Source of the DNA: Clostridia bacterium
GTDB taxonomy: Bacteria; Bacillota; Clostridia; Oscillospirales; CAG-272
Direction of reading: 5' to 3'
DNA length: 64,000 nucleotides
Assembly (NCBI GenBank): GCA_900769475.1
Contig: CAAGGQ010000110.1
Location: 1,173-65,172, forward strand
How positions within the stretch are numbered: position 1 is the first letter of the stretch; the number at the start of each line of letters is the position of its first letter. Below are positions 55,277-63,657 of the stretch, piece after piece. Under the pieces are notes generated by a model. The model did not search any database and had not been told where the DNA came from. It was given only the letters and a program-made list of their open reading frames with translations. The translations under genes were made by a program, and so were the position numbers.

Positions 55277-56338
55277 ATGGATATCAAGATCATCAAAACA
55301 ACCACTCCCAAGGAAAAGCCCGATGCCTCTACGCTGGGCTTTGGTAAGATCTTTACCGATCATATGTTCATCATGGATTATGAAGCAGGAAAGGGCTGGC
55401 ACGATGCTCGCATCGTTCCCTTTGAGAACATCTCCCTTCACCCCGCCTCCACCGTTCTGCACTACGGCTCCGAGATCTTTGAGGGTCTGAAGGCCTACCG
55501 CCGTGCCGACGGCAAGGTGCAGCTCTTCCGTCCCATGGAGAACGTTCGCCGTCTGAATTCCTCGGCCGACCGTCTCTGTCTGCCCCTGCTCCCCGAGGAT
55601 ATGGCTATGGAAGCCCTCACCGCCTTCGTGCGCACCGAAGAGGCCTGGACCCCCTCTGCTCCCGGCACCTCCCTCTATCTCCGTCCCTTCCTGTTTGGAA
55701 ATGACGAGAGCCTGGGCGTGCACACGGTGCAAAACGCCAAGTTTGTAATCATCGCCTCCCCCGTGGGAAGCTACTACAAGGAAGGCATCAACCCTGTAAA
55801 GATCATGATCGAGGACGAGGACGTGCGTGCCGTAAAGGGTGGCACCGGCTACACCAAGTGCGGCGGTAACTACGCCGCCAGCAACCGTGCCGGCGAGCGC
55901 GCCGCACAAAAGGGCTACTCTCAGGTGCTCTGGCTGGACGGTGTACACAGAAAGTACATTGAGGAAGTAGGCGCCATGAACGTCATGTTCAAGATCGCGG
56001 GCGAGATCGTGACTCCCATGCTTTCGGGCTCAATTCTTCCCGGCATTACCAGAAAATCCTGCATTGAGATCCTTCAGAAAGAGGGCTACAAGGTCAGCGA
56101 GCGCCTGCTCAGCATCGACGAGCTGGAACAGGCTATGGCTGACGGCACCCTGGAAGAAGCCTGGGGCACCGGCACCGCAGCCGTTGTTTCTCCCATTGGT
56201 GAGCTTTGCTACAAGGATCAAAAGTACACCGTTGGCGGCGGCAAGATCGGAGAGGTTACCCAGCACCTGTACGATACCCTCACCGGAATTCAGTGGGGCA
56301 AAACCGAGGACACCTTTGGTTGGACCATGCCTCTTTGA
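55277..56338 (+). CDS. ilvE: branched-chain amino acid aminotransferase
   Basis: Class IV aminotransferase with FEGLKAYR, GTGYTKCGGNYAAS and ILPGITR motifs. 353 aa. Confidence 0.93.
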   Translation: MDIKIIKTTTPKEKPDASTLGFGKIFTDHMFIMDYEAGKGWHDARIVPFENISLHPASTVLHYGSEIFEGLKAYRRADGKVQLFRPMENVRRLNSSADRLCLPLLPEDMAMEALTAFVRTEEAWTPSAPGTSLYLRPFLFGNDESLGVHTVQNAKFVIIASPVGSYYKEGINPVKIMIEDEDVRAVKGGTGYTKCGGNYAASNRAGERAAQKGYSQVLWLDGVHRKYIEEVGAMNVMFKIAGEIVTPMLSGSILPGITRKSCIEILQKEGYKVSERLLSIDELEQAMADGTLEEAWGTGTAAVVSPIGELCYKDQKYTVGGGKIGEVTQHLYDTLTGIQWGKTEDTFGWTMPL

Positions 56339-56389
56339 TCTCTTCAGCAGAACAGAACTATCAAAGTTTGATTTGAGAGGAACGCGAAA

Positions 56390-57952
56390 ATGAAAAATCT
56401 TTTTCGTATTCTGATTGCGTTTTTGGCAATCCCGATTTTGTTGGCGTCCTGTCAAGCCACTCCCAAGGAGATGGACGAGACATCCGCTATTACAACGGGG
56501 ACCACCGCAACGGAGGAAGCACCTACTGCTACAACGGGATCAACCTCAACGGAGAGCAATCCCGGTACGCCGAGTGTGGAGCCGCCCGCAGAGATACGCG
56601 TAGCAACCTTCAACGTACAATCCTCTCTTTCCACTACCGAAAAGGGCGATTTGACGGCGGCATCGCAGGTTCGTTTGGATGCTCTGATCAAGGAGATCCT
56701 TTCCTATGATTTAGACGTTATCAGCCTGCAAGAGGATGCCGAAAAAATAAATGAATTGCTTTCCGCGGAGCTGGTGTCGGCAGGCTACGCCTGTTATGCC
56801 GATCCTGTTCCGGGCTCCGGTGAGGATCAGCGTTGCGGCATCTACTACCGCGCGGAGCGCTTTGAGCTGTTGGAGTCGGGAGTGAAAGACCTTCCCCACG
56901 GAACCTTTAAGGGAACCATTGGCACCCATAAAAACCTGAATTCTTCTCACCATTTCTTTCTCCGTTACGTCATTCTTCGTGATAAGGAGACCGGCAAATC
57001 CTTTTTAAGCGCCAACACCCACCTCATTTCTCGCAACCAGAACACCCTTGGTATTTTCCAAACCGCGACCCGTATTCAGGCAAGGATCCATCAAATTGTC
57101 GGATATGAGGAGATGATTGACGCCTTGCGCGTGGGCGAGTACGTAGGCATTCCCGTTTGCGTGACCGGAGATATGAACACGGTGGCATCCGCATCCTTTG
57201 AATTTCACGATACCCTTGAAAACGCCAAGGCGTTTGGCGTTCCGGAGCTTACCGTAGGCGCAACCGGTGTTCTAAAGGTTCCTTATCACTGTTTGGATAA
57301 TGATACCAATTCCGCCGTGGAGCTTCCTTACGAGATTACCAAGGTCACAGGAACGGACGTATATTTTAAGATTCAGTCCCCCACTTACTCCCGTTTGACC
57401 GCCAACCTGAAGGATAGCTTTGTCGTTGCCAAAAAGACAAACGCCACCGATACCAATTACGGCTCGTGGAACAGCTACCTTGGCAGCAAGGCAGGAAAAA
57501 ACAAATCCACCGAGCGTTTGGACTACATTTTGACCGACAACGGTTTTACCGTGGAGGAGTATCAAATTGGTGACGGCTATGCCACCTATCTGCGAGACAA
57601 CAACGGGGTGGACGAGCTGAAGCTCTTTGAGGAGGATCTTCTTGCCGCACTTTCGGGTACTTTGACCTCTGCCAACGCAAAATTCGCCTACGACTTTGTT
57701 AAGAACGGTTCGTCTTATACCGCTACCAAGCTTCCGGATTGGTTGACCGATAACGGCGGTATTTATGCTTATTGCTACACCAATGATACCGGAGAGGTGA
57801 ATACCGTGCCGCGAACCTTCTTCAACTATCTTTCCTATTGCGCTTACTACACCCTCACGCCGGGGAAAAACGTAAAGGGAACCGCAGACCGCATTGAGGT
57901 TTGTACCTCGGATCATCTGTGCAGCATTGCCGTGCTTTCCTTTGCGGAATAA
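56390..57952 (+). CDS. secreted lipoprotein of the endonuclease/exonuclease/phosphatase (EEP) family
   Basis: MKNLFRILIAFLAIPILLASC is a signal peptide with a lipobox. A Thr-rich linker follows. RVATFNVQ and DVISLQED are EEP motifs. Confidence 0.75.
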   Translation: MKNLFRILIAFLAIPILLASCQATPKEMDETSAITTGTTATEEAPTATTGSTSTESNPGTPSVEPPAEIRVATFNVQSSLSTTEKGDLTAASQVRLDALIKEILSYDLDVISLQEDAEKINELLSAELVSAGYACYADPVPGSGEDQRCGIYYRAERFELLESGVKDLPHGTFKGTIGTHKNLNSSHHFFLRYVILRDKETGKSFLSANTHLISRNQNTLGIFQTATRIQARIHQIVGYEEMIDALRVGEYVGIPVCVTGDMNTVASASFEFHDTLENAKAFGVPELTVGATGVLKVPYHCLDNDTNSAVELPYEITKVTGTDVYFKIQSPTYSRLTANLKDSFVVAKKTNATDTNYGSWNSYLGSKAGKNKSTERLDYILTDNGFTVEEYQIGDGYATYLRDNNGVDELKLFEEDLLAALSGTLTSANAKFAYDFVKNGSSYTATKLPDWLTDNGGIYAYCYTNDTGEVNTVPRTFFNYLSYCAYYTLTPGKNVKGTADRIEVCTSDHLCSIAVLSFAE

Positions 57953-57975
57953 AATACAACAAAACAAAAGCTTGT

Positions 57976-58015
57976 GGCGTCTCAAACTCCGTTTGGTTTG
58001 AGACGCCGCGTTTTT
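57976..58015 (+). terminator. rho-independent terminator
   Basis: GGCGTCTCAAAC-tccgtttg-GTTTGAGACGCC followed by GCGTTTTT. Confidence 0.85.
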
Positions 58016-58048
58016 ATTGATAATTTTTCAAAAAAATCAAAAAACCCG

Positions 58049-58077
58049 TTGACAAACCAAAAAAATCATGTTATAAT
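58049..58077 (+). promoter_or_regulatory. promoter of T-box leader 3 (TTGACA-17-TATAAT)
   Basis: TTGACA at 58049-58054 and TATAAT at 58072-58077. Confidence 0.65.
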
Positions 58078-58097
58078 ACACCATATTTTATTTTAAA

Positions 58098-58365
58098 TGC
58101 ATTGATGGAATTATTCTCTATCCCAAGTTCACCCCAGAGAGTCGGCGGAGGGTGCGAGCCGACGTGGACCGACAGAGAAGTCTCGTTCCGGAGCAGAGTT
58201 GCCCAACCCATATGGCAGTAAGCGACTACGGCGTGCCCCGTTACCAAGGCAAAGGGCTTGTCAGAGCCCCAATGAGTTGACCGTAGTTTTACGGTAAACA
58301 GGGTGGTACCGCGAAGATTGTTCGTCCCTGAAGCTGATGTATCAGCTTCAGGGACTGTTTGTTTT
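58098..58365 (+). promoter_or_regulatory. T-box riboswitch leader 3; specifier CUC (Leu)
   Basis: K-turn base (UGC-AUU-GA...GA-GCA), AGAGAG bulge and GGAGGGUGCGAG distal loop. The specifier-loop 3' side is AGUCUCG with CTC at 58182-58184 followed by G. T-box AAACAGGGTGGTACCGCG is at about 58297-58313. Terminator GTCCCTGAAGCTGAT..ATCAGCTTCAGGGAC plus TGTTTGTTTT is at 58324-58365. Confidence 0.85.
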
Positions 58366-58416
58366 CTATACCCCCGCGCTCTGTACGCCTCGCAAACAGA
58401 AAGGAAAACGATCCAA

Positions 58417-59802
58417 ATGAAACACATTCAAATTGCAGACACCACACTTTGCAGAGAGGGCAAGGCCTTTAGCTTTAAGGAAAAGCTGGAGATTGCCCGT
58501 CAGCTGGAAAAGCTGAACGTAGATGTGATCGAGCTCCCCGAGATCCATACGCCTAAGACCGACATCCTCTTTGTGCGTACCGCCTCCTCCTTTGTAAAGC
58601 AAAGCACTCTCTCGGTCGCTGCCGGAAAGACCCCGGAAAGCATTTCCAACGCCTTGGCCGCGTTAGGCAATACCGCCAATCCTTGCGTGCGCATTGAGCT
58701 GCCCGTATCCCCCGTGGGCATGGAATACATCTGTCACAAAAAGCCGCCCAAGATGCTGGAGTGGATCACGCAGGCTGTCCACACCGCCAAGAAAGGCTGT
58801 TCCAACGTGGAATTTTGCGCCGTGGATGCCACCCGCGCCGAAAAGGACTTTTTGAAGGAGGCCCTTCTGGCCGCACAAGTGGCAGGTGCCACCTCCATTT
58901 CGATCTGCGATAGCGCCGCCGAAATGCTCCCCGACGATTTTGCCACCTTCGTGGAGGAGATCCTCTCTTGGGTGGATTTGCCCGTGGGTGTTCGTTGCTC
59001 CAACCTCAACGGCCTCTCGGTGGCCGCCTCCATTCTTTCGGTGCGTCACGGAGCCTCCTGCGTAAAGACCAACGTAGACGGTGCCGACGCTCCGCTGGAG
59101 GCCTTTTGCACCATGCTCCGCAACTGCGGCAACAGCTATGGCTTCACCTCCTCTCTGCGTTACACCGAGCTCTACCGCATTGTAAAACAGATCCTGCGCA
59201 TTACCGATGCGGCCTCCAAGAGCGACAAGATTCTTGCTGTGCAGGGCAGCGCCAACTCGGACATCCACCTGGATCGCAACGATTCCCAGGATGCAGTCAT
59301 TGCCGCCGTGGCCAAGCTGGGCTATGATCTCTCCGAGGAGGATCAAAAGAACGTGTACGAGGAATTCCTCCGCGTGGCCGAAAAGAAGAAGGTGGGCTCC
59401 AAGGAGCTGGACGCCATCATTGCCACCGCCGCCCTCCAAGTCCCCTCCACCTATCGCTTGGAGAACTATGTGATCAACACAGGCAGTGTTCTCAGCGCCA
59501 GCGCCCAGATCATAATGACCCGCGGCGAGGAGACCGTGCAGGGTATTTGCGTAGGAGACGGCCCCATTGACGCCGCCTTCCGCGCCATGGAGCAGATCCT
59601 GGGCCGCCATTACGAGTTGGATGATTTTCAAATCCAGGCTGTGACCGAGGGTAAGGAAGCCATGGGCTCGGCAGTGGTCAAGCTTCGTCGGGACGGCAAG
59701 CTCTACTCGGGCAACGGTCTTTCCACCGACATCATCGGTGCCAGCATCCGCGCCTATCTCAACGCCGTGAACAAAATCATCTATGAGGAGGAACAGGCAT
59801 GA
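58417..59802 (+). CDS. 2-isopropylmalate-synthase-like protein with degenerate catalytic motifs and an intact C-terminal LeuA regulatory/dimerisation domain
   Basis: The HMGL-like barrel is recognisable (IQIADTTL..KEKLEIARQLEKLNVDVIE). However, DTTLRDGEQ is replaced by DTTLCREGK and HxHND by RCSNLN, and GIGERAGN is missing. The C-terminal YELDDFQIQAVTEGKEAMGSAVVKLRRDGKLYSGNGLSTDIIGASIRAYLNAVNK is a well-conserved LeuA_dimer domain. Confidence 0.75.
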   Translation: MKHIQIADTTLCREGKAFSFKEKLEIARQLEKLNVDVIELPEIHTPKTDILFVRTASSFVKQSTLSVAAGKTPESISNALAALGNTANPCVRIELPVSPVGMEYICHKKPPKMLEWITQAVHTAKKGCSNVEFCAVDATRAEKDFLKEALLAAQVAGATSISICDSAAEMLPDDFATFVEEILSWVDLPVGVRCSNLNGLSVAASILSVRHGASCVKTNVDGADAPLEAFCTMLRNCGNSYGFTSSLRYTELYRIVKQILRITDAASKSDKILAVQGSANSDIHLDRNDSQDAVIAAVAKLGYDLSEEDQKNVYEEFLRVAEKKKVGSKELDAIIATAALQVPSTYRLENYVINTGSVLSASAQIIMTRGEETVQGICVGDGPIDAAFRAMEQILGRHYELDDFQIQAVTEGKEAMGSAVVKLRRDGKLYSGNGLSTDIIGASIRAYLNAVNKIIYEEEQA

Positions 59803-62324
59803 AGCTTTCCTTTTCTACCAAGGGCTGGCATCACAGCTCCTTTGACGAATTTTGCGAGATTGCCAATGACCTCCACTTTGAGGGTATTGAGCTTCACAAT
59901 ATCTATAATCCTATTTTTACCGACAAGGACGGTGCCTTTCACAACTACACCGCTGCGGTGACCCGCCGTCACCTCTTTGAAAAACACTTGCAGATCCCCT
60001 GCATCGATACCGTTGGTGACATTGCCGAGGCCGAAACCGAGGATCTGACGGTGAAGGAGCTGGAGCGTTGCTTTGAGATCGCCTCCAATCTTCACATTCC
60101 CCACATCCGCCTGCGCGCCAACGCTCGCGAGAACGCCGAGGAAGGCGTGGAGCAGGTGGCCTCCCTCATTGGCAAGATCCTGCCCCTGGCCGAGGAGAAG
60201 AACATCACCCTTCTGATCGAAACCTCGGGGCTCTTTAGCAATACCGCTACTCTGCGGGATCTGCTGGTACGCTTTGCCTGCGATCATCTGGGTGCCCTTT
60301 GGAATCTCTCCGCCGCCTACTTTGAGTGTGGGGAGGATGCCGAAACCGTGATCAAGAACCTGGGGGCTTACGTCCGTCACGTGCATTTTCATGATGCCAA
60401 GAAAACGTTCGACGGCGTAGAATACTGCCTGGCCGGCGAGGGCGAGATGCCCGTAAAAGATATGATGCTGGCGCTACGTTCGGTGAACTACGACGGCTAT
60501 ATCTCCCTGGTTTGGGATCCCTCCTGGTGCGAGGAGCTGGACGACATGGAGATCATCTTCTCCCAGTTTGTGGGCTACATGAAGCAATTCAGTAACCCCT
60601 CCCGCAACGAAGCTACCCTGTACAGCAACAAGACCCACACGGGCAAGTTCGTATGGAAAAAGGACCTTCTCATCGACCACACCTTCTCTCAGGTGCTGGA
60701 TCGTATGGTCGCCGAATTCCCCGACCAGTACGCCTTCAAATACACCACCCTGGACTACACCCGCACCTACAGCCAATTCCGGGATGACGTGGACGAATTC
60801 GCTCGCGTGCTCATTGACCTGGGAGTCAAGGCCGGCACTCACGTGGCGGTCTGGGCCTCCAACGTGCCCCAATGGTACATTGCCTTTTGGGCCACCGTAA
60901 AGCTGGGCGCGGTGCTGGTGACCGTAAACACCTCCTACAAGATCCACGAAGCCGAATACCTCTTTAAGCAATCGGATACCCACACCATCATTATGACCGA
61001 GGGCTCCAAGGATTGCAGCTACGGCGAGATCGTTGCCGAGCTCTGCCCCGAGCTGGCCACCACCAAGCCCGGAAAGCCTCTCCATGCCAAGCGTCTGCCC
61101 TTCTTGCGCAACGTCATCACCGTTGGCTTCCGTCAAAAGGGATGTCTGGAATGGAACGATGCCCTGGAGCGCGCCTCCAATGTCCCCGTAGAAGAGGTTT
61201 ATCGCATGGCTGCCGCCGTGAACAAGGACGACGTTTGCAACATGCAGTACACCTCAGGCACCACCGGCTTCCCCAAGGGCGTTATGCTCACCCACTACAA
61301 CATCGTCAACAACGGCAAGTGCATTGGCGACCGCATGGATCTTTCCACCGCCGACCGCATGATGATCCAGGTTCCCATGTTCCATTGCTTTGGCATGGTA
61401 CTGGCCATGACCGCCGCCATGACCCACGGAGGAACCCTGCTTCCCCTGCCCTATTTCTCTCCCAAGCCGGCCCTGGCCTGCATCCACAACGAGCACATCA
61501 CCGCCTTCCACGGCGTGCCCACCATGTTCATTGCCCTTTTGGAGCATCCTGACTTTGAAAAGACCGATTTCTCCTACATGCGTACCGGTATTATGGCGGG
61601 AAGCCCCTGCCCCATCTCGGCCATGCGCCAGGTGGTGGAGAAAATGAACATGCGGGAAATCACCATTGTGTACGGCCAGACCGAAGCCTCTCCCGGATGC
61701 ACCATGAGCTCCACCGACGATCCCATTGAGGTTCGCGTGGGCACCGTTGGTAGACCTCTGCCCGAGATCGAGTGCAAGATCGTTAATCCCGAAACCGGAG
61801 AAGAATGCCCCGATGAGGTGACGGGCGAATTCGTGGCCCGTGGCTACAACCTGATGAAGGGCTACTACAAGATGCCCAAAGCCACCGCCGCCGCCATTGA
61901 CGCCGAGGGCTGGCTCCACACGGGCGACCTTGCCTGCCGCACTCCCGAAGGAAACTTCCGTATTACGGGACGCCTCAAGGATATGATCATCCGCGGCGGC
62001 GAGAACATCTATCCCAAGGAAATCGAAGAATTCATCTACACCCATCCTAAGGTGAGCGACGTACAGGTCATCGGCGTGCCCGACGAGCAGTACGGCGAAG
62101 AGATCATGGCCTGCATCATCCTCAAAGAGGGCGAAACCATGACCGCTGACGAAATGAAGGCCTATATCGGTGCCAATATGGCCCGCCATAAAGTCCCCCG
62201 CTATATCGACTTTGTGGACGCCTTCCCCATGAACGCCGCCGGTAAGATCCTCAAGTATAAAATGCGCGAGGACGCCGTGGAAAAACTCGGCCTGCACAAA
62301 GCCAACAATATTGTAACTGCGTAA
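59799..62324 (+). CDS. fusion protein: xylose-isomerase-like TIM barrel (AP_endonuc_2 type) / AMP-dependent acyl-CoA ligase (FadD-like)
   Basis: ATGA overlap with the LeuA-like gene. The N-terminal ~265 aa (FEGIELHN..., LLIETSG, VRHVHFHDAK, DGYISLVWDP) is a sugar-phosphate isomerase/epimerase-type barrel. The C-terminal ~560 aa has MQYTSGTTGFPKGVMLTH, YGQTEASPG, LHTGDL, GRLKDMIIRGGENIYPKEIE and AAGKILKYKMR. Confidence 0.85.
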   Translation: MKLSFSTKGWHHSSFDEFCEIANDLHFEGIELHNIYNPIFTDKDGAFHNYTAAVTRRHLFEKHLQIPCIDTVGDIAEAETEDLTVKELERCFEIASNLHIPHIRLRANARENAEEGVEQVASLIGKILPLAEEKNITLLIETSGLFSNTATLRDLLVRFACDHLGALWNLSAAYFECGEDAETVIKNLGAYVRHVHFHDAKKTFDGVEYCLAGEGEMPVKDMMLALRSVNYDGYISLVWDPSWCEELDDMEIIFSQFVGYMKQFSNPSRNEATLYSNKTHTGKFVWKKDLLIDHTFSQVLDRMVAEFPDQYAFKYTTLDYTRTYSQFRDDVDEFARVLIDLGVKAGTHVAVWASNVPQWYIAFWATVKLGAVLVTVNTSYKIHEAEYLFKQSDTHTIIMTEGSKDCSYGEIVAELCPELATTKPGKPLHAKRLPFLRNVITVGFRQKGCLEWNDALERASNVPVEEVYRMAAAVNKDDVCNMQYTSGTTGFPKGVMLTHYNIVNNGKCIGDRMDLSTADRMMIQVPMFHCFGMVLAMTAAMTHGGTLLPLPYFSPKPALACIHNEHITAFHGVPTMFIALLEHPDFEKTDFSYMRTGIMAGSPCPISAMRQVVEKMNMREITIVYGQTEASPGCTMSSTDDPIEVRVGTVGRPLPEIECKIVNPETGEECPDEVTGEFVARGYNLMKGYYKMPKATAAAIDAEGWLHTGDLACRTPEGNFRITGRLKDMIIRGGENIYPKEIEEFIYTHPKVSDVQVIGVPDEQYGEEIMACIILKEGETMTADEMKAYIGANMARHKVPRYIDFVDAFPMNAAGKILKYKMREDAVEKLGLHKANNIVTA

Positions 62325-62333
62325 TTAAGACCT

Positions 62334-62399
62334 CGGGGGAAGGAGAACACTTCTTTCAAGAAGTGTTCTCCTTCCCCCGAACCCCTACCCTCTTTCCGG
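62334..62399 (+). repeat. repeat family D copy 2 (GGGGGAAGG hairpin + ACCCCTACCCT tail)
   Basis: CGGGGGAAGGAGAACACTTC-tttcaa-GAAGTGTTCTCCTTCCCCCGAACCCCTACCCTCTTTCCGG. It shows the same pattern as the minus strand of 19650-19703. Confidence 0.6.
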
Positions 62400-62466
62400 A
62401 ACTTCTCATAAAAAAGAAATAGCGTTGCATTGAAAAACTGTTTCAAAGCAACGCTATTTTGTTGTT

Positions 62467-63657
62467 TTAGTTGACTAAATCATCTGCGTATTTTCGAAGC
62501 TGATGGACATCCTCCATAATTCGCTCACTATTTGTGTTTGCTTTTTCTAACAAAGCCGCTTGCATATTGGATGCAGATATAATTGAGTTTTTAACGCCTT
62601 GCACTTTTCCGCCCAACTCTTCCACTCCGGAATATAAAATTCTTTGCGAATTTTCGAGCATATCCAATCGGAAAGAAATTTGGCTTGTAGAGTGCTGTAT
62701 AGTATTACAAATCCGCGTACCAATCTCCTTCATTACAGAGATTAATTCGCCATGTCGTACCAATTCATCCGTTTGCCTTAGTGCATCTTGAATAGATAAA
62801 GCGCGCGATGTTTCAAACATATAGATTATTACATCCAGGTATTTCCAGTCTTGAACATTCAAGAACCCATTAAAATGTTCAATAAGGGTTTGGAAAATAT
62901 ATTTTCCTTCATTAACTAAATTGTTTATTTGTTCATCGTAATAACTGTCAGCCTTCAAATTCAATATTTCTCTTTCTGCATCTTCAACAATTGAGGGAAA
63001 AGAACTTAATTTATCCTTGCATCGTGTATAATCAATTGTTTTTTTAGTCAAAACCGATATTTTTTTGTTTTCCTCATTTATTAATTCATCTTTTTCTCTT
63101 TGAATTTTTTCCAAATCACCATTAGAAATGTTTTTTGTACTTAGGACAACAAATAACAGTAATTCAACTGCTACCAGCGACCACCAAAGCCACATCAATG
63201 GTTCAGGACATATAGAACGAAATGATATTGTAATTACGCCTATTAAAACCACAAACAAAAGGAAATATCGCAACAAAGAGTTTCTCTTTAGAAGAGCAGA
63301 TTTTTCCCTTTCAATATTATGAATAGTTATTTTGGCTCTCGATATCGCTTCATTGTTTTTTTCATCGCTATAATTCTCAACTACTGTTTTAGAATTTTGA
63401 TATTTCTTTTTTAATGTTTTTAATTTGGCTTTTTTTTCGTTTTTTATTTTGTTATTTTCTTTTTTTTCTTTTATTATCAATTCAACTTGATCATGTTTTC
63501 TGGATATTTCCGAAATCCCAGCACGCAAGGTATATAAATTATCAAGAATCCGCCCTTTTATATTTCCTCCCGAAAAGTCATTTTCAACACATTCACTTCC
63601 GCAAATAAGGCATTTCTCAAACTCCGACTGTGTTCCACATTTCGAGCAGTAATACAT
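62467..63657 (-). CDS. hypothetical zinc-ribbon / coiled-coil / 2-TM membrane protein; strongly AT-rich (likely foreign)
   Basis: ATG at 63657 follows AAAGGAGAG. N-terminus MYYCSKCGTQSEFEKCLICGSEC is a CxxC...CxxC ribbon. A Lys/Glu/Asn-rich coiled coil follows, then two TM helices (LLRYFLLFVVLIGVITISF and LMWLWWSLVAVELLLFVVLS) and a ~200-aa C-terminal domain. Terminator hairpin AATAGCGTTGC..GCAACGCTATT lies downstream. Confidence 0.7.
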   Translation of the reverse strand: MYYCSKCGTQSEFEKCLICGSECVENDFSGGNIKGRILDNLYTLRAGISEISRKHDQVELIIKEKKENNKIKNEKKAKLKTLKKKYQNSKTVVENYSDEKNNEAISRAKITIHNIEREKSALLKRNSLLRYFLLFVVLIGVITISFRSICPEPLMWLWWSLVAVELLLFVVLSTKNISNGDLEKIQREKDELINEENKKISVLTKKTIDYTRCKDKLSSFPSIVEDAEREILNLKADSYYDEQINNLVNEGKYIFQTLIEHFNGFLNVQDWKYLDVIIYMFETSRALSIQDALRQTDELVRHGELISVMKEIGTRICNTIQHSTSQISFRLDMLENSQRILYSGVEELGGKVQGVKNSIISASNMQAALLEKANTNSERIMEDVHQLRKYADDLVN

